Virus record (IMG/VR): IMGVR_UViG_3300035703_000009
Coordinates: 124,001 to 188,000 of that record
Reading direction: 5' to 3' (one strand)
Length of the DNA: 64,000 nt
The translations under genes were made by a program, and so were the position numbers. Of this stretch, positions 11,496 through 22,143 are shown in pieces. Position 1 is the first letter of the stretch. Every line of letters starts with the position of its first letter. The notes beneath the pieces were generated by a model, which was not told the DNA's origin, searched no databases, and saw only the letters and a program-made list of their open reading frames with translations.

Positions 11496-13646
11496 ATGGC
11501 AAACATCACCGTCAAGCTTTTAATCGATCCACAAAAGAACTCACTGACTTTTAACAAGAATTTCAGGATCTTCTCAACCTCTGATCCAGTCAAAGGGCTC
11601 ACTGAATTTGTCGAGTTCTTAGAGGACATCATAGTCACCGGTTCGCCGGCCTCACTTGACCTGGCAAACTTGACCAGGCAGTTTAGGTATTCAAGCAACA
11701 AGCTTGACTGGTCACTATGGTATGATGTTTCTCCAGGTAACCTTGGCGATGCTGCCTCCGCATTTTTTGACCCAACTAACTATTACTATTTTGAGGTAAA
11801 ATACCTTTATGATGACGGAACAAGCAATGAACTGATTAGCTCGATCCAGGTGAACGAAATTAAGCTTAGGTTCAAGCAGGCGGCCACCGCTTCACCAGCT
11901 ACTTTCACGCCAACTGTTGCCTGTTCTGACGAAAAGTGTGAATCGATAATTGTTAATCGTGATCCTACATTCAGACCCTATGAGGTCAATAGCGCGATTG
12001 GAATGTACCAAGACATGTCCTATTTCACTAACCAGTTATATGGACATCAGGTGGTTTACTTTAGGACTCTGCCTGAGTCTGAAAGCGGAGACTATATCTT
12101 TAAGGAGTGGACTCTTTACAAGAACATCGATCGTAAGTGTATTAAGGTGATGGTGCCTAAAAACGCCTTCCCGACCAACATGCCAAAGTATCAAGAGTTT
12201 GGTTTAGACTTTCAGGTGCCATTTGAGATCCATGTCGACCACCGATACTTTCAATCGATTTTTGGTTCGGGTTCAGAACCGCGCAAGCGAGACTTTTTAT
12301 ACTTTCCGCTCATCAATCGAATGTTCGAGATCCAGGGATCCTACCTACACAGGGGATTCATGATGTCACCTACCTTTTGGAAGATCCAGCTCAAGAAGTA
12401 CAGCCCAAACATCGACATGTTACTGAAGGACGATACTCGACACTTCCTAGAAAACGTCATCCAGAGCGCCGATGCCCTCTTTGAAGGGGAGGTCAAAGCT
12501 GACATAAGGGACGCGACGATGCCGGACCAATATAAGACCATCTCCACAACTTTCGATTCATCACGTAGGGCAATACACCCAGACGTGACGACTAGACCAC
12601 TAAAGTATACTTTTAACTTTGCGAACCTAATCGAGAACTACTATGACTTGAGCACCATTCCTTTGACCGAACTCACATACGAGATTCTTAACGAGTCTCC
12701 TATCTTAAATACGTCAATGACTCTTGAAAACCTGCCTAGTCTAAACGATAAGGTGGTGCAAAAAAATGACGTTATCTTTGCCTATCAAGGAAGCGGCATA
12801 TTTGCTGCCTGGAAGAACGGTGCATTGATAACTAACGATAAGAACTATCTAGGAACTAGCACCATGTTCTGCCGAGTAAGGGGCCCATTCGATTATCTAC
12901 CAAACCACATAGGAGAGTCTGAGCCTGGACGATACGTTAGAGTCGAAGCCTATCGAGATCTTACGTTTAAAGACCAACGAGATGTGCTGATTGATACTGT
13001 CGGCGGTATCGACTATGCTCGATTCAAGGTACGCCAGACAGCAGTCATATACTCAGCCCAGCCCAAGCTTAATGAGACCGACTCAAAGCACCTGTCCTTC
13101 ACCTGCCTGTTCAACGTGCCGAGTTCAACCGACATAGTAAACTTCATCAACGGTTTCGATAATGAGAGCCAGACCGGGGTCAAGATCTCAGGTCAGTTCG
13201 TTCGCTACTCTAGCTCCATGCCTGAAGGTGACCTAAACCTAGAGGTGGTGGTCAATTCACAGGTAAAAAATTACACGATTGTAAACTTTAAAAGCGGTGA
13301 GTGGCATGCGCTAGTCGTCTCCCTTTCTAATGAGTATCGCCAGTGCGGAGTCTATGTGTACAACATAGTCGAGGACCCTAGCGACATCATCAATCACACA
13401 TCATTTAATAAAGTATTTGTTAATGCCTCCTCTTTTTCCAAGACGAGCTTTGACCTACAGCAATATTATACTCTACCTACATCTAACATCCTGATCTCTA
13501 ACCTTCGACTCTTTAACACGATGATCAAGGAAGAGCAGCATGAGTTCATCTTGAGCCAGCAGTTCGTTAAAGACGAGTCGATGCTGCTCATAATCGATAA
13601 CTGCAGGCCACAAATCAACTTGCCGTTCGTCGCAAAAAATAGATAA
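11496..13646 (+). CDS. Neck/head-closure protein (T4 gp14-like) with extra domains
   Basis: EPRKRDFLYFPLINRMFEI resembles the gp14 P.xGDLIYFP...FEI motif; C-terminal LamG-like beta segment. Confidence 0.65.
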   Translation: MANITVKLLIDPQKNSLTFNKNFRIFSTSDPVKGLTEFVEFLEDIIVTGSPASLDLANLTRQFRYSSNKLDWSLWYDVSPGNLGDAASAFFDPTNYYYFEVKYLYDDGTSNELISSIQVNEIKLRFKQAATASPATFTPTVACSDEKCESIIVNRDPTFRPYEVNSAIGMYQDMSYFTNQLYGHQVVYFRTLPESESGDYIFKEWTLYKNIDRKCIKVMVPKNAFPTNMPKYQEFGLDFQVPFEIHVDHRYFQSIFGSGSEPRKRDFLYFPLINRMFEIQGSYLHRGFMMSPTFWKIQLKKYSPNIDMLLKDDTRHFLENVIQSADALFEGEVKADIRDATMPDQYKTISTTFDSSRRAIHPDVTTRPLKYTFNFANLIENYYDLSTIPLTELTYEILNESPILNTSMTLENLPSLNDKVVQKNDVIFAYQGSGIFAAWKNGALITNDKNYLGTSTMFCRVRGPFDYLPNHIGESEPGRYVRVEAYRDLTFKDQRDVLIDTVGGIDYARFKVRQTAVIYSAQPKLNETDSKHLSFTCLFNVPSSTDIVNFINGFDNESQTGVKISGQFVRYSSSMPEGDLNLEVVVNSQVKNYTIVNFKSGEWHALVVSLSNEYRQCGVYVYNIVEDPSDIINHTSFNKVFVNASSFSKTSFDLQQYYTLPTSNILISNLRLFNTMIKEEQHEFILSQQFVKDESMLLIIDNCRPQINLPFVAKNR

Positions 13647-13651
13647 TCCTA

Positions 13652-14437
13652 ATGAAGAGCTCAAATCACGAGAACATACGTAACGAAAACGTTAATGACA
13701 TTTTCCTAAGAAACGCCACCATTTCGGTGCTCGACCTGCTCAATCGCAACATCATCATCGACTTAAAGAGAGACGATAAGGTGCAAAAGTTTGAGGTGCC
13801 AGTATTTTATAACTTTTCCTCAGACGAAGGCTTCATGAAGGACTTTTTCCTAGAGTTGCCGACTGACTGTAAGTACCCAAACAAAGCAGAGGGCAACTAC
13901 GAGATCATGCCACGTGGAGTGTTGACCTTGACAGGTTTCGCAGTTCGTCCAGGAGACGTGACCAATAAGTTTGTGCGAGGCACTTTTACTCAAGAGGTAA
14001 GAGACATCAACGAACAAAAACAGCTAAAGGCTTTCTCTTCAAGGTTGTTCACCATCCCAATGAGCCTAAAGTACTCGCTAAAGATAGAAAGCGATAACCT
14101 GAACAAGACCTTTAAGATCATCGAAAAGATCTTTGATTTCTACTATAAGTACCAAGTACAGTACTTCCAGTTTAGAGGCCTCCGGATTCCTGGGCAAGTC
14201 ACCTTCCCAGACACGGCCGAGTTCCAAAAGACCTATAACTTTGATTATACTACTGACCAGAAGGTGACGATCACCATGTCATTAGACTTTGAGACCTACT
14301 TTCCAAGTTTTGACGACCACTCGACCCTATTTAAGGGCAACACCATAAAACAATTCAACTTGCGTGAAAAAGCCAAGGATTCTGACGTAGTCTTCGATGA
14401 CTCATGGATAGACCAAGACTTCCCACAAAGCGAGTAA
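13652..14437 (+). CDS. Tail completion/sheath terminator (T4 gp15-like)
   Basis: VPVFY..., MPRGVLTLTG and P..L.Y.L.I patterns; follows the neck gene. Confidence 0.6.
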   Translation: MKSSNHENIRNENVNDIFLRNATISVLDLLNRNIIIDLKRDDKVQKFEVPVFYNFSSDEGFMKDFFLELPTDCKYPNKAEGNYEIMPRGVLTLTGFAVRPGDVTNKFVRGTFTQEVRDINEQKQLKAFSSRLFTIPMSLKYSLKIESDNLNKTFKIIEKIFDFYYKYQVQYFQFRGLRIPGQVTFPDTAEFQKTYNFDYTTDQKVTITMSLDFETYFPSFDDHSTLFKGNTIKQFNLREKAKDSDVVFDDSWIDQDFPQSE

Positions 14438-14451
14438 AAATAAATAACAGT

Positions 14452-15024
14452 ATGGAAACCAGACTAAAAGGCTTTACTCAATTCGTAAACGAATCTGCAC
14501 AAGTATCTGAGAACTTGCAGTATCACTTGGAGAACGGTCTCTCAATAACAGAGTCAGTCTTTCGTCCAGGCAGTGAGGCACACGTGCAGCTCTTGACTGA
14601 GGCTCGCGACTTGTTTTTTGCCAACTTGATCTACTTAAACGAGATGGATGCGGCACTCTTCGTCAACACTGACCTTGGAAAGACAAGCGAGTATGCAGGT
14701 CAGGTAGTACCTCTCGACCTAGTCTTAGAGGCCGAGTACAATGGAAAGAAGGTAGAGATCGGCAAGCCAATGCGAGGAGGAGACACTAAAAAGTACTATG
14801 TCTATGTGATGAATCCTAGCACCAAGCGAGTGAAGAAAATAGCATTCGGTGACGTCAAGGGAGGACTTACTGCCAAAGTAAGCAACCCAAAGGCTCGCAA
14901 GTCCTTTGCCGCTCGACATAACTGTAAAGAAAAGACCGATCGCATGTCTGCAGGTTACTGGGCATGTCGAATCAATCGATACGCTCACTTGTGGGGCGGA
15001 AAAACATATCCTGGATTCTGGTAA
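14452..15024 (+). CDS. Conserved hypothetical phage protein, candidate internal head protein
   Basis: Likely start at ATG 14452 (METRLKGFTQFVNES) after ATAAATA; basic C-terminal domain ARKSFAARHNC...AGYWAC. Confidence 0.65.
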   Translation: METRLKGFTQFVNESAQVSENLQYHLENGLSITESVFRPGSEAHVQLLTEARDLFFANLIYLNEMDAALFVNTDLGKTSEYAGQVVPLDLVLEAEYNGKKVEIGKPMRGGDTKKYYVYVMNPSTKRVKKIAFGDVKGGLTAKVSNPKARKSFAARHNCKEKTDRMSAGYWACRINRYAHLWGGKTYPGFW

Positions 15025-16082
15025 TGAAACCTTATTTTGACATAGAAAAAAATGGAGCAAAGGTTCGCACCTTTGTTGAGAGCGTGGATCCAATCGACCT
15101 AAAGTGGCACCGCGACGCAGAAGACCGCTGGGTGAGGGCCATTGGAGCAAGCGATTGGAAGCTTCAACTGGATAACCAGTTGCCAGTCAGCCTTACTGAG
15201 GAAGTCTTTATCCCAGCTGGCGAATGGCATAGACTAATCAAAGGCACAGATGAGTTGAAGGTCTCAATTAGAGCCGGCAAAAAGCTATTCGAATCACAAG
15301 GAGCTAGTTTAGGCTATCGTTCCGGAACATTTAATCCCAGTGAACCAGCTGAGCTGTTAAGCAGCAAAGGGATAGGAATAGTCAGCTCGAGAGTCGGACT
15401 CTTGGGTTCAGGTTATTATTTTGTCGGCAGTCCACAGACTGCTGAAGAGATAGGATCAGAGGTGGGACACGGAGGGCTTTCAGTAGTTGACTTAAAGAAC
15501 TATAACCTATATCGGCCTAGTGACCCAAAAGCCTTCTATGAAAACCTGAGAGACCTTACCAAGTATTTCAATGACGCAACTAAAGAAAGTCTAAGCGATC
15601 CTAGATTTAAAAGCAACTTTGATGACGCAGTTGAGGCATTTTCAGAATACTTAGAGCTAGACGAAGACTCAGTACGTAAGACTTTCGTTGATTACTTAAG
15701 GGACGTGTTATTACGTCATGACGGAGTATTACTCTCAAATCGACTGTTAGCACCGATGGGCTATGATGGAATTGACCTTACTCAAACACAATTAGATCAC
15801 TTTGGAGTAGGTTCGCTCATCTTTGCTGGAAAGCTAATAGACGGAACCTATCGTCAACTGCTAGAAGAAAAGAAAAAGATCAATCCAGCGTACTTAACCA
15901 GGGACGCAAAGGAGATGCGCAGTGAGATCAAAAAACACGCAAAAAAATCGGATGACGACGCTTCTGCTTACACTAGCCACGAAAAAGGAGGCTGGAAAGC
16001 AGACTACTCAAAGTCCGGTAAGAAATATAAGACTAAACCTAGCAAATACACCTTGGCGTACCAAAAAAAGTTTGGAAAATGA
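15024..16082 (+). CDS. Multidomain protein with N-terminal cupin-like domain
   Basis: TAATG-coupled start at 15024; LKWHRD...FIPAGEWHRLIKG cupin-like motifs. Confidence 0.55.
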   Translation: MKPYFDIEKNGAKVRTFVESVDPIDLKWHRDAEDRWVRAIGASDWKLQLDNQLPVSLTEEVFIPAGEWHRLIKGTDELKVSIRAGKKLFESQGASLGYRSGTFNPSEPAELLSSKGIGIVSSRVGLLGSGYYFVGSPQTAEEIGSEVGHGGLSVVDLKNYNLYRPSDPKAFYENLRDLTKYFNDATKESLSDPRFKSNFDDAVEAFSEYLELDEDSVRKTFVDYLRDVLLRHDGVLLSNRLLAPMGYDGIDLTQTQLDHFGVGSLIFAGKLIDGTYRQLLEEKKKINPAYLTRDAKEMRSEIKKHAKKSDDDASAYTSHEKGGWKADYSKSGKKYKTKPSKYTLAYQKKFGK

Positions 16083-16351
16083 CACAATATGTTTTACCGT
16101 TTGCCCTGTTTGAAAACGAACAGGCACTAAAGAATAAAGCAAAGAACAGCGGAATCCCGCTTGGAATCTTACGTACTGTGTACAGCAAGGGAATGGCTGC
16201 ATGGAAGACAGGACACCGACCTGGAGTCTCTCAACAACAATGGGCCATGGGCAGGGTAAACTCTTTCATCATGGGAGGCAAGACCACTAAAAAAGCCGAT
16301 AAAGCCCAATGGGAAGCAGCCAAACGTGCAAAAAAAGCCAAACGTAAATAA
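16079..16351 (+). CDS. Small basic protein (DUF5824-like)
   Basis: SGIPLGIL..VY.KG.AAW.TGHRPG....WAMGRVNSF pattern. Confidence 0.55.
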   Translation: MTQYVLPFALFENEQALKNKAKNSGIPLGILRTVYSKGMAAWKTGHRPGVSQQQWAMGRVNSFIMGGKTTKKADKAQWEAAKRAKKAKRK

Positions 16352-16899
16352 TGCTATTAAACGTCAGACAAAATGGATTCATACTCCTGTTTCCACCCAA
16401 TTTTTTCACCGAAAGGGTGACTCAAAAGTACAAAAAATACTTTCAGAGCCTCATCCTGCCGTATGATAGCATTACCGAGTTCATGGCTTCAACGATTCAA
16501 AGCGTCGACTTTCCAGGCTGGAACATGGCTCCGGTACAACAGACACGTATCCTAAGCAAGAAACAAGAGTTTAAGAACGCGATCCCGATTCCAGATAACT
16601 TTACTAGGGAGTTTACTGTCACCTTTAAGATGACTGATGCTTACCTAAATTACTTCATCTTCTTAGAAAATTCACTAGATTATCTCGACTTTTCCAATAA
16701 ACAGCAAGTATTTGACCCGATTGAACTGGTGTTGATGGACAACCAGGGTTACATGGTCTCCTCTATCGTTTTTAATAAGCCTTTACTCAAGGGTCAAGAC
16801 GGCTTTAAGCTGTCATATAGCGCAAACACCCCGGATTTTAGGACTTTCCAGGCTAAATTCTCCTATTTTGATTTTGACCTAAAGATTAACTTTGAGTAA
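16351..16899 (+). CDS. Tail tube/baseplate tube-like protein
   Basis: 182 aa; IQSVDFPG, EFTVTF and IELVLMDNQG patterns typical of the gp19/gp54-like fold. Confidence 0.45.
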   Translation: MLLNVRQNGFILLFPPNFFTERVTQKYKKYFQSLILPYDSITEFMASTIQSVDFPGWNMAPVQQTRILSKKQEFKNAIPIPDNFTREFTVTFKMTDAYLNYFIFLENSLDYLDFSNKQQVFDPIELVLMDNQGYMVSSIVFNKPLLKGQDGFKLSYSANTPDFRTFQAKFSYFDFDLKINFE

Positions 16900-16903
16900 T
16901 CCT

Positions 16904-19900
16904 TTAGAACGTCTTGTGTAGAGTGAAGGAGCTCGAGAAGATGCTATTTGCGGCATTTGTGCTGCCCCACTCTGCTGTGACCGAAAGTGTGTTTGAACCT
17001 GTCGTGTCAAAAGTTGTGGAGTTAATTGTATTGAATCCTATTGCTTCGTGAGAGTTACCGGAGTTTTGAGTATAGGAAAACAACCCATTTGAAGAGATGA
17101 TGGCAACAGTAGCCGCTCCGATTGCTCGAATAGTAAAGCCTATTTCAAGTTGCCAGTACTTAGTAGTTATAGTAGGTAAAGTCATAGTGCCAGTGTCTGC
17201 GAGTAACACTGAGCCTGATTTTACACGTACGTGTAAGGTTTGGCCGTTTGCCGCAGACAGCGTGCCTGCAAGCCTAGCAGTAAAGCTGTCGCCTACTGCA
17301 AAACCGTTTGATGGAACAATCAACGAACCAACACCGGTTGTGATGAGCGAGCTTTCAGTAACAGTTGCAGTAATTGTGGAACTTTGTGCAGTCTGTGCAA
17401 AGAGCCCGCCATAAGTACGATAGTTGACCATACCGTTACTTTCTCTGACTAAGAATGTGGTGTTACATTGGTCAGCAGCTGGAAAGTTATATAAGTTTAA
17501 GTAGTTGGTGTGTAAAGTATTTGGGCAGACAGATGTAATGTTGCACCCGACTGCACTGGCACCTCCGTGAGTAACAGTATTGCAATAACCGCCCATTATT
17601 GTGGAACAAGCACCAGATGCCGTGTTGCGACACCCTCCTCCAATAGTAGAGCGAGCACCTGATGCAGTATTGCAAAAACCGCCACCGACTGTTGAACAAG
17701 AATTCGATGCAGTATTCTGATTACCGCCACCGACTGTTGAAGCATCGCCCGATGTCGTGTTAAACGTACCGCCACCGACTGTGGAATAATTACAAGATGC
17801 AATATTATCTTCACCGCCACTAATAGTTGATCGATAGCCAGACGCCGTGTTCTGAAAACCTCCTCCGACTATTGATGAGTTATTTGATGCGACGTTTTGA
17901 TTACCTCCACCAACGGTCGTTGTATAGGATGATGCAGTATTACAAAAACCTCCACTAACGGTTGACACATTGCATGATGATAAATTACATACACCTCCGC
18001 CTACAGTTGCTGCTTGGCCAGACGCAGTGTTACATGCACCTCCACCTATGGTTGCGCCTATGTTAGACACATCGTTACATGAACCTCCACCGATGGTTGA
18101 AAAGCAACAAGAAACTGTGTTGCTATAGCCTCCACTGATTGTTGAATTACACTCAGTGGCAACATTATTATAACCTCCACCGATGGTTGTAGCAATTCCA
18201 CATGCTGAATTACAGAAACCACCACCGATTGTTGAATAGTCGGCGTCTGTGATGTTACACGATCCTCCGCTAACGGTTGAGCTATAACTCAGTGTAGCAT
18301 TATATAAACCGCCACTGAGCGTTGACGCGACCCCTAATGCAGTATTTTCTGATCCGCCTCCGACTGTAGAGCTGATGCCAGTCGCGGCATTGTTATAGCC
18401 TCCACTAACAGTAGAGTATGTGTTTGACGCAGTATTGCCTCGACCTCCACCGACTGTTGAATAATCGCAAGAAGATTGATTGCAACCGCCGCCGCTGACT
18501 ACTGAAAAACAACCCGATGTCGTGTTGGTACCTCCGCCACCGACTGTTGAAGCATCGCCCGATGTCGTGTTAAACGTACCGCCACCGACTGTGGAACAAG
18601 CACCAGATGCAATATTATCTTCACCGCCACTAATAGTTGATCGATAGCCAGACGCCGTGTTTTGTCTACCACCTAATATGCCGGAATAACTACCAGATGC
18701 CGTGTTATTATATCCGCCACTAACTGTGGAAGAATAACTAGATGCCGTGTTTTGTCTACCGCCACCGACTGTGGAAGAATTACTCGATGCCGCGTTGTTA
18801 ACCCCGCCACTAACTGTGGAATAATAATCCGATGCCGCGTTGTTAACCCCGCCACCAACTGTGGAATGATAACCCGATGCGGTATTGCTCTCACCGCCAC
18901 CGATTGTGGAATAATTACTTAATGCCGTGTTTTCTCTACCGCCACCCACTGTGGAAATAGAACCCGATGCCGTGTTGCATAAACCGCCGCCTATCGTCCC
19001 GAATTGAGCCAGCACAGTGTTAAGATGTCCGCCGGCAATAGTTGAGAAACCCGCTTGGTTAATTCCATATGGGATAGTGATCGAGTTAGCGTCGCCACCA
19101 CCAATAGTTGAACCATTAGATGAGCTAATCACATTGCCTATTCCTCCACTAATAACCTGTGCATCACCACACACAACATTTTCGATTCCTCCTCCTATAA
19201 CTGAACCCAGCGAAAAATCACTAAAACCAGCTAGGCCGTTAATACAGTTTGAGTTTCCGCCGGCGACTGTTGCTGCATGCCCGCAAATCAGGTTATCCCC
19301 CCCGCTGCCTATATAATTTAGCACTCCAAAGATGTCGTTATTGAAGCCTCCAGCAACAGCTGATCCGCCGTCAATCACAGCATCGACTGTGAAGACAATG
19401 TCATCGACTCCGCTGACTCCGCCGACGTCTGCACCGTCAATTGTTATAGTGTCGCCTACTTGATAGTTGACCCCGAGAGTATATGACCCCCATCCAGTAA
19501 GAGTATTGGTCGCAATTATAACTTCAATCCCAGTTCCAAAACCAAGTCCGCTAGTCGTATTTGTCGGAAAATAATTTCCATCGACTGCGTTTGGAAAAGG
19601 TCCAGTCGATATTGGGCTGATCATAATAGGCAGTCCCTCTCCGCTGACGTTGTGATTGGCTCCTCCACCTACGAAAGATCCCGGCGAAGTGATCGAGTTA
19701 CAGGTACCACCAGCAATGGTCGAATAGTCACCAGATACCGTGTTACCGTCTCCACCTGAAATGGTAGAATAGTCTCCGATCGCAGAGTTTAAGTTGTCCT
19801 TACGAACAGCTGACCCTGCTCCTGTGCCCAGGACGATGACTGCATCACTTGGTGAATCTATCTGAATAGTCGTCTTACCGTTGACTATGTCATCATTGAT

Positions 19901-20731
19901 TACATAAGATATGGTTGGAGTGGTGATAAAGTCGATTGTTGGATTTAAAGCGATTACTGAGCCGTCTAATTGCACCTCAAGTGAAGAGCCGGTCGCTGTC
20001 GCGGTCAGCTCGTTAGTCACGGTGTTACGTGTCCAAGTAACCGATGCTGAATCCTGGATGATTTGGTCCATCAAATCATATAGCGAATTCTCAGTCAAAT
20101 ATAAATTAGTTGTTCCTTCTGCCAGATCATCAGTTGAAAAAGGAGTGAGTGAAACAGTAGGGAAAATACGATCCAATCCATCGACATGGGTCCAAGTTAT
20201 CGCGTCTGGACCGGTGCCCCTTCCTCCCTTATAGAGGACTGCTGCCATGCGGTCCTCGACCCTTTCGTCAGTGTAATAGAGATTGACTCCCTCAGCCAGG
20301 TTAGTGGTAGTAAAAGGAGCAAGGGTGACCCCAAGGGTCAACGTGTTTAGCGAGTCATCATATGCTTTTGTGATCCCTGTTCCATTTATGAGCAGTGCAT
20401 TCACTCGATCATCGACCCTTTCGTCAGTGTAATAGAGATTGACTCCCTCAGCCAGGTTAGTGGTAGTAAAAGGAGCAAGTGTCACATTTCCCTGTATTGT
20501 GTTTGGTGCAATCGTAGTCCAATTAATACCCGTGCCGTCGATTATCGAAGGCGGAGTCAAGGCAACTGCACTTGCATCTTGAAAGGATACGTTGCCTGAG
20601 CCATCAGTCACCAGGATCTGATTAGCTGCACCGTCTGCTGTAGGTAACGAGTATTCTCCAAAAATGGTTAGCTTACCTGATTTTATTTCTCCAAAGACTC
20701 GTAAGTCGCTATATGCATTTGACTGACTCAT
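16904..20731 (-). CDS. Fibre-like protein with about 45 14-aa GGGxxNxASxxxSTV repeats
   Basis: Repeats visible in the translation; N-terminal LPTADG...LVTDGSG and AEGxNLYYT repeats typical of phage virion proteins. Confidence 0.75.
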   Translation of the reverse strand: MSQSNAYSDLRVFGEIKSGKLTIFGEYSLPTADGAANQILVTDGSGNVSFQDASAVALTPPSIIDGTGINWTTIAPNTIQGNVTLAPFTTTNLAEGVNLYYTDERVDDRVNALLINGTGITKAYDDSLNTLTLGVTLAPFTTTNLAEGVNLYYTDERVEDRMAAVLYKGGRGTGPDAITWTHVDGLDRIFPTVSLTPFSTDDLAEGTTNLYLTENSLYDLMDQIIQDSASVTWTRNTVTNELTATATGSSLEVQLDGSVIALNPTIDFITTPTISYVINDDIVNGKTTIQIDSPSDAVIVLGTGAGSAVRKDNLNSAIGDYSTISGGDGNTVSGDYSTIAGGTCNSITSPGSFVGGGANHNVSGEGLPIMISPISTGPFPNAVDGNYFPTNTTSGLGFGTGIEVIIATNTLTGWGSYTLGVNYQVGDTITIDGADVGGVSGVDDIVFTVDAVIDGGSAVAGGFNNDIFGVLNYIGSGGDNLICGHAATVAGGNSNCINGLAGFSDFSLGSVIGGGIENVVCGDAQVISGGIGNVISSSNGSTIGGGDANSITIPYGINQAGFSTIAGGHLNTVLAQFGTIGGGLCNTASGSISTVGGGRENTALSNYSTIGGGESNTASGYHSTVGGGVNNAASDYYSTVSGGVNNAASSNSSTVGGGRQNTASSYSSTVSGGYNNTASGSYSGILGGRQNTASGYRSTISGGEDNIASGACSTVGGGTFNTTSGDASTVGGGGTNTTSGCFSVVSGGGCNQSSCDYSTVGGGRGNTASNTYSTVSGGYNNAATGISSTVGGGSENTALGVASTLSGGLYNATLSYSSTVSGGSCNITDADYSTIGGGFCNSACGIATTIGGGYNNVATECNSTISGGYSNTVSCCFSTIGGGSCNDVSNIGATIGGGACNTASGQAATVGGGVCNLSSCNVSTVSGGFCNTASSYTTTVGGGNQNVASNNSSIVGGGFQNTASGYRSTISGGEDNIASCNYSTVGGGTFNTTSGDASTVGGGNQNTASNSCSTVGGGFCNTASGARSTIGGGCRNTASGACSTIMGGYCNTVTHGGASAVGCNITSVCPNTLHTNYLNLYNFPAADQCNTTFLVRESNGMVNYRTYGGLFAQTAQSSTITATVTESSLITTGVGSLIVPSNGFAVGDSFTARLAGTLSAANGQTLHVRVKSGSVLLADTGTMTLPTITTKYWQLEIGFTIRAIGAATVAIISSNGLFSYTQNSGNSHEAIGFNTINSTTFDTTGSNTLSVTAEWGSTNAANSIFSSSFTLHKTF
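18849..18977 (-). repeat. 129-bp block identical (inverted) to 54722..54850
   Basis: Base-by-base comparison of the two fibre genes. Confidence 0.85.
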
Positions 20732-20741
20732 TTATTCGTGC

Positions 20742-22073
20742 TTATATTTTTGAGTTGAATGTGATCACGCCTGCAGTGATGTTTATGGATGGAGTGATCG
20801 TTATTGTGTTATCATTAACAAAGTTAAACGAGTAATCTTGGTCTCCGACATATGAGTTTCCATCACGAACCGCAAAGGTAAGGTTTTTGGTTCCTAAGTT
20901 ATGGTTTATTGTTGCAGGGTTGCCTGAGGTTACTGAGAACGTCTTTGCGATTGACCTAAAGCTATCTCCCGTTGCCAGGTTAAGTATTGTGACCGACCCG
21001 CTGCCTAAGTTATTGAACTGTCCAGTTGGCTGCAGATCAAGCACGCCGTTTGCGATCACCACCTGACCATAGTTGTCTACTGTTCCTTCAACCGTAAAGT
21101 TGCCATATAAAAAGTATTGATAGTCTGCGCAAACAGTCAGAGTGTCGCCGACGCTGACTAGTTTCTTATTGCCCTTACAGCCTCCACCGCCGCCTCCACC
21201 AGAACAGTCTGCTGAAAGCACAATGACTTTTACTAGGTTCTTGTTTTGCGAAAGGGTGATGTTTACGCTGTTTGCTTGATAGCTATTGACGTATCCTGCA
21301 ATCAGTTCATTGGTCACAGTATCAATTAGCTGGACTTGAACACTGGTCGATCCTAAGTTGTGAGGAATCGCTTCCGGCACGTTTGCTGTAAAGTTCTTTA
21401 GGATGACGAAAGAGCAGCCGGTGCCTCCGCCTCCGCCGGTTCCACCAGCAGTGAGGTCAAAGACCTTACAGTTTTCGTCAGTATAATATAGAGTCTGAGT
21501 CGTAGGTACAGTTTCGGTCGCATAGCCTGGAGGACCTACCCAAATGATTCCAGTATTAGGTGTCGGACATCCTGGAATCGGAGGACTCCCAGCGAGCTCA
21601 ATTAGGGTGAGGTATGACGAGTTACTATTGTCGGTCAAGCTTACCCAGCCGCGGCTCTGTAAGTAACCAATAAAGTCTTCTCCGAACTCTGGACGCTGGT
21701 TTTGGATGCCAGTGTAGATGACCTCACCAGGTACGCCTACTGTAGGCCAGTCGTTGAAATCGGTAAATCGTAAACGTTTGGTTTCTGCGACCTTGACCAA
21801 GAGTTCTTGGCCTTCAGCTCTACCTAGAGAGTCGATCGTAAACGTAGGAACGCCGTCAAGTTTTAAGCTAAGAGTGTCGGTAATATCGACAAAATCAAAG
21901 GTTCCTTTGTATGCTTGAAAGCTATTCGTGACCTCATCGTACTTGATGTTATTCAAGAACTCCAAAGTTCCGCTCGACAAGCTACCGAAGTTAAGATTCG
22001 TTATGTCGATGATGGAGGTTAAACTCGAGTTGGTTAACTTTCGAATAGCCTTTAAATTCTTATAGACAGGCAT
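20742..22073 (-). CDS. Virion structural/fibre-associated protein with two HNLG modules
   Basis: HNLGSTSVQV and HNLGTKNLTF beta modules; Gly linkers; ATAAATA upstream. Confidence 0.5.
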   Translation of the reverse strand: MPVYKNLKAIRKLTNSSLTSIIDITNLNFGSLSSGTLEFLNNIKYDEVTNSFQAYKGTFDFVDITDTLSLKLDGVPTFTIDSLGRAEGQELLVKVAETKRLRFTDFNDWPTVGVPGEVIYTGIQNQRPEFGEDFIGYLQSRGWVSLTDNSNSSYLTLIELAGSPPIPGCPTPNTGIIWVGPPGYATETVPTTQTLYYTDENCKVFDLTAGGTGGGGGTGCSFVILKNFTANVPEAIPHNLGSTSVQVQLIDTVTNELIAGYVNSYQANSVNITLSQNKNLVKVIVLSADCSGGGGGGGCKGNKKLVSVGDTLTVCADYQYFLYGNFTVEGTVDNYGQVVIANGVLDLQPTGQFNNLGSGSVTILNLATGDSFRSIAKTFSVTSGNPATINHNLGTKNLTFAVRDGNSYVGDQDYSFNFVNDNTITITPSINITAGVITFNSKI

Positions 22074-22143
22074 CCACTACCCAATTATTTTTATTATTTA
22101 TTAAGGAAGACCGCAGCTAAGTTTAACTTAGAAAAGCGAACGA

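Noticed and set aside
17560-19000. 42-bp periodic repeats as a CRISPR array
   Set aside because: They are in-frame coding repeats with no unique spacers and no cas genes.
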